In this document: positions 49,620 through 55,815 of the stretch, in pieces | How the letters are laid out: the number at the start of each line of letters is the position of its first letter | Numbering within the stretch: position 1 is the stretch's first letter | DNA from: Taibaiella sp. | Lineage (GTDB): Bacteria > Bacteroidota > Bacteroidia > Chitinophagales > Chitinophagaceae | Direction: 5' to 3' | Assembly: GCA_013815385.1 (NCBI GenBank) | Contig: JACDGL010000012.1 | Coordinates: forward strand, 18,019-82,018 | DNA length: 64,000 nucleotides | The notes under the pieces: generated by a model | Told to the model about the DNA's origin: nothing | Seen by the model: the letters and a program-made list of their open reading frames with translations, nothing else | The model's database searches: none | Translations under genes and position numbers: made by a program

Positions 49620-49762
49620 GGAATCCGCTAATGGGGAGCAAAGGTAAGCCAAAACTCCAATGTCAGGAATAGAAATGCTTTGCACTTAGCTTACATCTTA
49701 CTATTCGGCATCAGTTGCCACGCTCGCTTGTACGCTCAGTTCGCTGTGCAGCATACAAACAG

Positions 49763-49792
49763 TAAAAAACTCCCCTCTTTTCAAAGAGGGGA
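49763..49792 (-). terminator. hairpin with T-run on the minus strand (terminator at the left edge of the AT-rich island)
   Basis: TCCCCTCT-TTTCAA-AGAGGGGA, preceded on the plus strand by AAAAAA, which is the T-run on the minus strand. Confidence 0.55.
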
Positions 49793-49877
49793 TGCCGGTA
49801 AATAATGCGAAAGCTTATTTATCGGCTGGGGTGATTATCGCTAACATAGGCTTTACCGAACATATTACCTTTGTACT

Positions 49878-49955
49878 ATGGCGGATGTGCACGATAAAGC
49901 GACGAGGAGCTACAATAGGAGCCGGATAAAAGGCAAGAATATAAATGAAAAATAA
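49878..49955 (+). pseudogene. vsr: N-terminal remnant of a very-short-patch repair endonuclease gene (vsr)
   Basis: Hand translation gives MADVHDKATRSYNRSRIKGKNINEK then a stop. The first 11 residues equal the E. coli Vsr N-terminus as I remember it (MADVHDKATRSKNM...). The ORF stops after 25 codons and no dcm or rest of vsr is present. Confidence 0.72.
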
Positions 49956-49996
49956 ATTTCGGCAATGTAATCAATGATAAAGTCGGCTAAAAATTA

Positions 49997-50320
49997 TCAA
50001 ACTTGCGTATTTTTAAATAGTGCTGTGATATCTATATAGCTAGTTTGCTGGTTGCTTTTTGACACGCTCATATATTCATGCCATTCATGGTCTATAGCCT
50101 CATCCCAATATTTCAAATGCAGATCAGGTAAGTTCCATTCCTTAGCATTAAAGTAACAGCCATCTACAAAACATTGTTGTATTCTCCTTTCAATTTCTTC
50201 AAGAGACAATTTTAAGTTATTACTAAATATCACTTCGCCGTAATTCTTATTATTACCTGCATCTCGATACAGGTATTCAAAGCGAATAGATTCAGTTCTA
50301 TTTTCTAAAGATGTGCTCAT
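49997..50320 (-). CDS. hypothetical 107-aa acidic protein, third gene of the HNH cassette
   Basis: The ORF MSTSLENRTESIRFEYLYRDAGNNKNYGEVIF... overlaps the HNH gene stop by 23 nt. By my count it has about 17 D/E against 11 K/R. I recognise no family. Confidence 0.6.
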   Translation of the reverse strand: MSTSLENRTESIRFEYLYRDAGNNKNYGEVIFSNNLKLSLEEIERRIQQCFVDGCYFNAKEWNLPDLHLKYWDEAIDHEWHEYMSVSKSNQQTSYIDITALFKNTQV

Positions 50321-51065
50321 TATGATATTCTAAGAATTCTTTTCTCGGCAAGAATTTATGCGGTTTGATTATTGGCTTTTTGTCTATTGATATGAAGACG
50401 TTTTTAACCGTCAAATTGTTGTCTTTATTCTCGATCTGTTTTGAAACTCTAATCGTAAAATCTGGTAAAATAGTGATAAGCCCACAATCAAATGCCTTAT
50501 CATGAAGGGCATTGATACAAAGGCCATTTTCTGGATTGGTTCTATTCTCTTCATTCTTGCTCCACGGTATTATATGACTTGCGACTTGTAAGGCCGTTAT
50601 TTTCATCCCTGTAATACAACAGGTATTTTCATATGCTGCGAAAACAGCCTTCCTAAAAAAATCCTGATACACTCGGGTTTTTACGAAGCGTCTCCGATCT
50701 GCACCTCTAGGCAATTCCTTTTCGTCAATGTCTAGTACTTGCTCTATAGTCTCGTGTTTGTATTGTGCTATAAGTTCTGTGCTTGTTAAGGTTAACGCAT
50801 TCCAGTTTTCATGAAACTCATTCCATATTTCCTCGTCTAGCTTACTACGGTTAGGCAACCCACCTACATTTCTTCTTCTCAGTTCGGGGTCTAAGCTCCC
50901 GAAGTTGCCAAGTTTACGCGCTACAGCACTTGGAGTTCGTCCAATGATCTCAGCCACTTCTTGCACATTCTTATTACGCGAGTGTGCTTGCCCCCATGGA
51001 ATTTTGCAATACAAGTTGAAGGCAATAATTGTTTGTTCTCGTGTCCAAACATCTTTTCTTGGCAT
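50298..51065 (-). CDS. HNH endonuclease (HNH_2 / COG3183-like restriction-type nuclease) with an N-terminal HTH-like domain
   Basis: 255 aa. QDFFRKAVFAAYENTCCITGMKITALQVASHIIPWSKNEENRTNPENGLCINALHDKAFDCGLITI is the HNH_2 core. N-terminal VQEVAEIIGRTPSAVARKLGNFGSLDP looks like a helix-turn-helix. Confidence 0.85.
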   Translation of the reverse strand: MPRKDVWTREQTIIAFNLYCKIPWGQAHSRNKNVQEVAEIIGRTPSAVARKLGNFGSLDPELRRRNVGGLPNRSKLDEEIWNEFHENWNALTLTSTELIAQYKHETIEQVLDIDEKELPRGADRRRFVKTRVYQDFFRKAVFAAYENTCCITGMKITALQVASHIIPWSKNEENRTNPENGLCINALHDKAFDCGLITILPDFTIRVSKQIENKDNNLTVKNVFISIDKKPIIKPHKFLPRKEFLEYHNEHIFRK

Positions 51066-51068
51066 AAG

Positions 51069-51263
51069 CTAATCTTCTTCAGCTATAAATATATAACTAC
51101 ATGCCTTATTTAAGCAGATGTGCAATTGGAAATCTAATTTGGCGAGGGTTGTTTTTCCTTTAGGAGCTAACCTTTCAATAAAATCGGTTCTGGCTGCACA
51201 ATAAGGGCAGGTAGTTGGCTGGTCACCTATCAAGTAAGTTTTAAGGTCATTTTTCGTTATCAT
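51069..51263 (-). CDS. hypothetical 64-aa zinc-ribbon-like protein, first gene of the HNH cassette
   Basis: The ORF has CPYC (residues 19-22) and C-x4-C (HICLNKAC). It ends 3 nt before the HNH gene start. Confidence 0.55.
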   Translation of the reverse strand: MITKNDLKTYLIGDQPTTCPYCAARTDFIERLAPKGKTTLAKLDFQLHICLNKACSYIFIAEED

Positions 51264-51473
51264 TTGCCAAAGTTACAAAGGTCTCCTTGCGCTGACAATC
51301 GGTTATAAGTGAACTTTTGGCTTTTAAATGTGGATATCTTCCTCTTGGAAAACCCACCTTCTCTATCGTATCTTGCACGTAGCCCATAAAGGCCTAAACC
51401 CATAGAACCGATCCCTATCAAAAATGCAATTTCTATCAGATGTATATTTCCCAGCTTCGTTACACTCCAGGAG

Positions 51474-51741
51474 GCAAACTTCCGTTTTCACCCCAAATTT
51501 CCGCCGGAAGTTTCACCCTTAAACCCCGTACCAGTAACCATATAATAATAACCCCTAACGGAAGTTTGCGGAAGTTTGAGCAGAACCATCGTATAGTTTA
51601 CCGGGTTGCACCAAATTTCCATTCCTACCCACTAAACCCCACCGGAAGTTTGAAACCAAAAACCATCAAACAATCGCCCATGGCTACGCATAATAATCCG
51701 ATCATATTTCTGCTAACGGAAGTTTGCGGAAGTTTCACCGA
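51474..51741. repeat. array of CGGAAGTTT(G/C) motifs: 6 direct copies, 1 inverted copy and 2 inverted near-copies, including two tandem 10-bp doublets
   Basis: CGGAAGTTT occurs at 51505, 51559, 51569, 51643, 51717 and 51727, with an inverted copy at 51476-51484. The 23-nt exact direct repeat CTAACGGAAGTTTGCGGAAGTTT occurs at 51555-51577 and 51713-51735. CCAAATTTCC occurs twice at about 51493-51502 and 51611-51620; its reverse complement is GGAAATTTGG. Confidence 0.85.
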
Positions 51742-51866
51742 AAAGTAGTCAACTGCATGAATACTCTGCCCGCCCTATCCTATCTATCAAAATAAATTTA
51801 TAATTTTGTTTATATAGTTGTTTTTCAGAATGCTATTTATTATATAAAATTTTAAGCTGTTACTAT

Positions 51867-52733
51867 TTGTCCACAAAGTTGTTCTCCATTAAGGAACTGG
51901 AAGCGTTCTCTGACCTAAAGGCACACACCATAAGAGTTTGGGAAAGCAGGTATGCTGTATTGAGCCCCGAGCGAAGCGCGGGCAACCTGCGCCGCTACTC
52001 GCTGGCCGAGGTGAGGCGCCTGCTGCGCTGCGCCCTGCTGACGGCCAATGGCTACCGTATATCGGCCATAGCTAAGCTCGAGGATGACCAGTTGGAGGAA
52101 CGAATAGCATTACTCACCAGCGACAGCGCAGTACAGACTAAGGCGCTGAACCGACTGATAATAAGCATGTTCAGCAACAAGGTAGAGGACTTTGAAGCGA
52201 CACTGGATAATTGCCTGTTCACCTTTGATATAGATGTAACGATACAGCACATCATCATCCCGTTTTTGGAGAAAGTGCATCTGCTATCGTATAAGGATGG
52301 CAGTGGCGAGGTGCACCTGGCAGTAACTGCTATACGGAAGAAAATAATACTGGGCATAGAGAGCATTGGCAATGAGCATAAAGATGGGAAGACGGCAGTG
52401 CTCTTTCTCCCCAAGGATGAGCACTACGATCTGATACTGCTGTACCTGGCCTATATGCTGAAAAAAAATGGCGTGCATGTCATATATATGGGCACCAACA
52501 TACCCAGAGAAAGCCTGGGTGAGATACTGACCAGCAGGCAGCCCGACTATGTATGCACCTATGTGCTCCCAAGGCGTACCAAAAGCGTGGAGAGTTATAT
52601 AGGTTACCTGCGCGAGGGGTTCCCCGATATAAAGATATTAGTGGCCACACAGGAAGAGCACCACACCGAGCGGCGGGAGCACGGCGCTACCTATATTAAC
52701 TACAAGGATGCAGGAAAGTATATAACTGCGTAG
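51867..52733 (+). CDS. MerR family transcriptional regulator with a C-terminal B12-binding-like domain (CarH/LitR-like)
   Basis: 288 aa with an apparent TTG start. The MerR HTH reads FSIKELEAFSDLKAHTIRVWESRYAVLSPERSAGNLRRYS. The C-terminal Rossmann-like segment reads AVLFLPKDEHYDLILLYLAYMLKKNGVHVIYMGTNIP. Confidence 0.78.
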   Translation: MSTKLFSIKELEAFSDLKAHTIRVWESRYAVLSPERSAGNLRRYSLAEVRRLLRCALLTANGYRISAIAKLEDDQLEERIALLTSDSAVQTKALNRLIISMFSNKVEDFEATLDNCLFTFDIDVTIQHIIIPFLEKVHLLSYKDGSGEVHLAVTAIRKKIILGIESIGNEHKDGKTAVLFLPKDEHYDLILLYLAYMLKKNGVHVIYMGTNIPRESLGEILTSRQPDYVCTYVLPRRTKSVESYIGYLREGFPDIKILVATQEEHHTERREHGATYINYKDAGKYITA

Positions 52734-52806
52734 GGTGTACTGTTAATAGCAAATAAAAACGCCACACTATCAAATTAGCGTGGCGCATTTATAAGAGTAT
52801 CTCAGA

Positions 52807-54786
52807 CTAATCTACCTTGATCCATTTCAGCGATTGTTTTTCTGCGCCTGTGTTAATGCTGATGGTATAGATACCGCTAACAAGGTTATGAACATCTATA
52901 GGTATCACCGTGCTGCCTGCGGATACTTTGTGAGCAGCGCTAAGTACCTGCCTGCCATCGTTACCTATAATAGTGATAGAAGCCGTAGCTCCGGTATTAA
53001 TAGTAAGCCGGATATTGAGGTAGGTAGTGGCCGGATTAGGATACAGGGTAAAGAATGTAGCAGATGGGGTATTGCTGACTGCCAGGCGCTGATACCTTAC
53101 AGTGGCAGAATCGGTAACGCCAATGCCGAGGTTATAATAACTGCCGGATGGTGTCTGTTGTAATTTTATAGGGCGTACCATATAATACTTCAACCCATTG
53201 ACCGGTAATGATGCGCCGGAATCGTGGAAGGATATGCCGGTAACGGGAGCACGGGTAATAAGCAGGTAATTGCCAAACATGCTATCACTACGGTAAATAT
53301 TATAGCCGGTTACCGCAGGGTCGGGGGATGCAACCCAGGTAATATCTGCCCCCAATAATGGCGCCGTAGTGGCAGTAGCATGTACTGAGGTAACAGGCTT
53401 TATATAATCTGTACGCAGGGTAGGGTCACCCATCAACGCTACATGTACCCAGCCATTGCCGTAACCGGTAGGGATGTAGGAAGAATTATTTTGCGTAACC
53501 ATAGCGGAATAGCCGATGTGCCAGCCCAGCGCCATATGGTGCATGAACCAGTTAGGCCTGCCTGCCCAGCAGGAGGTGAGCGCAGGCACATCGGAACACA
53601 ATGGCGCACGAAGAAAATTATCGGGTGAGTTCCAGTCGCCAAAGTAACTACCGAACATAAGGGTAAAGATGGCGTTGACATGATTGGTAGCAAAATTTGA
53701 AGTGCTCCCGACGCCGCTTGCGCTATTGAACGAACCCCCACCGCATGCATATGCCCACTGATAAGTGGAATCATTGAGCGAAGCAATAAAGGGTATAGAC
53801 TGTATATTGCCAGCGCCTACCATAGGTGGGAAAATGCGCCAGCCATTAGCCGCAAATGCCTCACCGCCAAATGCACCGAAATGGTCGTCAATGAGCGCGC
53901 GATGCACCATCAGCAGAGAATCCATTTTGTACTGGTGGGCTTTTATAAGATAGCTGCGCATCATCTGCACTTCGGTCTTGCTGAAAGAGGGCATATTAGC
54001 AAAGTCAACCCGGCCTACACCCAGCTTCTGCGCCGTAGGGATAGCGGTCTGGTCCCACTTGCCATCACCCGGGCGGTTGCGGTTTGCAGCATAGCCGGCG
54101 CTGGTATCTGTGTAGAGATCAGTCCAGGTGCCATTCATATTGCCATAGTAGGCATCTGCAGGCCAGGCACCCAGGTGGTTTGGATGTCCGTCAGGATTCA
54201 GGTCGCCACTATAGGGTACCGCTATATGGCCAAGTATGTACACAGCGCTTACCACATTGAAGTAATTAAAGTAATCGGCGATAATAGCATTGCGAATAAT
54301 ACTATCGCGTGTGGTACGGGCATAGTCATGACGGATTACCTGCCAGCCATCGCCGCTCATATCCTGCATTAACTGGTGAATGAGCGCCGAACAGGAATCG
54401 CTGAAAGTAGAATCGACCAGCAAAACGAGGGAGCCTCGGGTATGTATAGGGGGCGCCTGGATGCCGGCATAAATATATCCCGCAGCACCTGGGCCACCAA
54501 GCTGCACCACCTTATACTCGTAGGCAGAATCGGTATGTACAGTTACATCAGTATAGGTGGTATCGGTAATATTGGTGCCTGTACCCCATGCGGCAGTAGA
54601 TATAAGTTTCCTATAAATGGTGTAGGTGGTAACACCGGTTATTTTCCTCCAGGTAAGGGTAACCTTTGCAGGTGAAGCCTGCACGCTGGCTGATAGCTGT
54701 ACTGCATAGTCGCTGGTGGCCTGTGCATTTGCAGATGTAGCAAATAACAGGCAAACTATTATTGAAAGGGTGTAGCGCTGCAACAT
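52807..54786 (-). CDS. T9SS type A C-terminal sorting domain protein with Fn3-like domains and a central domain, possibly C25/gingipain-like
   Basis: 659 aa with a signal peptide and Fn3-like segments (VTLTWRKITGVTTYTIYRK; ADITWVASPDPAVTGYNIYRS). The C-terminus FFTLYPNPATTYLNIRL...LVSGIYTISINTGAEKQSLKWIKVD is a Por secretion tail. The protease-like assignment is weak. Confidence 0.78.
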   Translation of the reverse strand: MLQRYTLSIIVCLLFATSANAQATSDYAVQLSASVQASPAKVTLTWRKITGVTTYTIYRKLISTAAWGTGTNITDTTYTDVTVHTDSAYEYKVVQLGGPGAAGYIYAGIQAPPIHTRGSLVLLVDSTFSDSCSALIHQLMQDMSGDGWQVIRHDYARTTRDSIIRNAIIADYFNYFNVVSAVYILGHIAVPYSGDLNPDGHPNHLGAWPADAYYGNMNGTWTDLYTDTSAGYAANRNRPGDGKWDQTAIPTAQKLGVGRVDFANMPSFSKTEVQMMRSYLIKAHQYKMDSLLMVHRALIDDHFGAFGGEAFAANGWRIFPPMVGAGNIQSIPFIASLNDSTYQWAYACGGGSFNSASGVGSTSNFATNHVNAIFTLMFGSYFGDWNSPDNFLRAPLCSDVPALTSCWAGRPNWFMHHMALGWHIGYSAMVTQNNSSYIPTGYGNGWVHVALMGDPTLRTDYIKPVTSVHATATTAPLLGADITWVASPDPAVTGYNIYRSDSMFGNYLLITRAPVTGISFHDSGASLPVNGLKYYMVRPIKLQQTPSGSYYNLGIGVTDSATVRYQRLAVSNTPSATFFTLYPNPATTYLNIRLTINTGATASITIIGNDGRQVLSAAHKVSAGSTVIPIDVHNLVSGIYTISINTGAEKQSLKWIKVD

Positions 54787-54877
54787 AATTAATGATTTAC
54801 AATAAATGTACTCATTAATTTGGTTTTTTAAAATACATGATCGGTTACAGATCGCGTGGGGGTTCCGTAACGTGTAA

Positions 54878-55708
54878 TTATGGCAATTGATGCTGTATGA
54901 TGAGAAACTTTGCAGCAGAGATCACCATGTTCTCCTCCGATTTATCTGCTATGGTCAGGTAATGCATTTCTTCGCTCTCCCCGATCGTCATCTGGCAGTT
55001 ACCGGCTAATGGATGAGAATCCCACACCCTACCTTTTACTTTACCATTAACTCCATAGATCGTTATAGCTACATTTCCTTTCCATTTATTGGTCACTATA
55101 TTTAGATCATCTTTTTTATAGCTCCCTATCAACGTATCCCTTAGCAGTATATAACCGGCCCTTAACGACACCTCCTTATCTGTTACGGGCCTGCCCGGAG
55201 TGGTATTATAGTCAGCAACCGCGCTTCGGGCCATTAGTTCTGCCGGAACAATGTCTTTTTTCAGCCATTCATTATACATCACATCAGATGATTCTTTGTC
55301 CCAATTGCCGGCATAAAACACATCATAATGTACCAGGTCCTTTGCAAAATATTCAGGGAGGTAGGCATTACGGAATACATTTATTTCCCTGCCATCAGGG
55401 AAGGTAATGTTGTAGAAGTAATACATAAATGCCTTGCCGGGCACAGCCATCTTTTTAGCCTTTAGTTTTATGAGCCTGTCACCCGACTCTGTACCAAACA
55501 GATAATCGCATATATGGGCTGTATTCCATTCCCCACCTGGCCTTTCAGTTATGTCTGCATTATTTGCATCTGGATGATAAGTTTCCTGGTAGCTGCAATA
55601 GGCGGTATCATGCACCCATACTGTACCATCATGCATAGTCACTTTCTGGCCCACAGCTACATAGGACAAAAAACAAAGCAGCATAATTGCAAGGTGCTTA
55701 AGGTGCAT
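54878..55708 (-). CDS. hypothetical secreted protein
   Basis: The ATG at 55708 gives signal MHLKHLAIMLLCFLSYVAVGQ. I recognise no motif. Confidence 0.55.
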   Translation of the reverse strand: MHLKHLAIMLLCFLSYVAVGQKVTMHDGTVWVHDTAYCSYQETYHPDANNADITERPGGEWNTAHICDYLFGTESGDRLIKLKAKKMAVPGKAFMYYFYNITFPDGREINVFRNAYLPEYFAKDLVHYDVFYAGNWDKESSDVMYNEWLKKDIVPAELMARSAVADYNTTPGRPVTDKEVSLRAGYILLRDTLIGSYKKDDLNIVTNKWKGNVAITIYGVNGKVKGRVWDSHPLAGNCQMTIGESEEMHYLTIADKSEENMVISAAKFLIIQHQLP

Positions 55709-55815
55709 ATACAAATATAACAATTTGCAAATGCGTTGGCAAGTTCCAGTACTATTATAGCTGCCGGCTTTCTGAAATGTTCGGGCATTTAATGTAGGTT
55801 TGTTGCCTCTGTATC

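Noticed and set aside
51268-51275. A TAACTTTG (Bacteroidota -7-type TAnnTTTG) motif on the minus strand just upstream of the 64-aa ORF, considered as the cassette promoter.
   Set aside because: It lies only 4 nt from the ATG, which would imply a leaderless transcript. I found no properly spaced -33 TTTG. This is too weak to call as a feature.
51440-51748. A 102-aa plus-strand ORF in the track, covering the GGAAGTTT repeat region.
   Set aside because: Its sequence (repeated GSF/GSL, P/N-rich) is dictated by the DNA repeats. It has no signal or motif, and the motif also occurs inverted. It is treated as a non-coding repeat array.
52760-52785. A possible bidirectional terminator hairpin (CGCCAC...GTGGCG) between the MerR-like gene and the T9SS cargo gene.
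   Set aside because: The stem is only 6 bp, the loop is about 14 nt, and there is no clear T-run.
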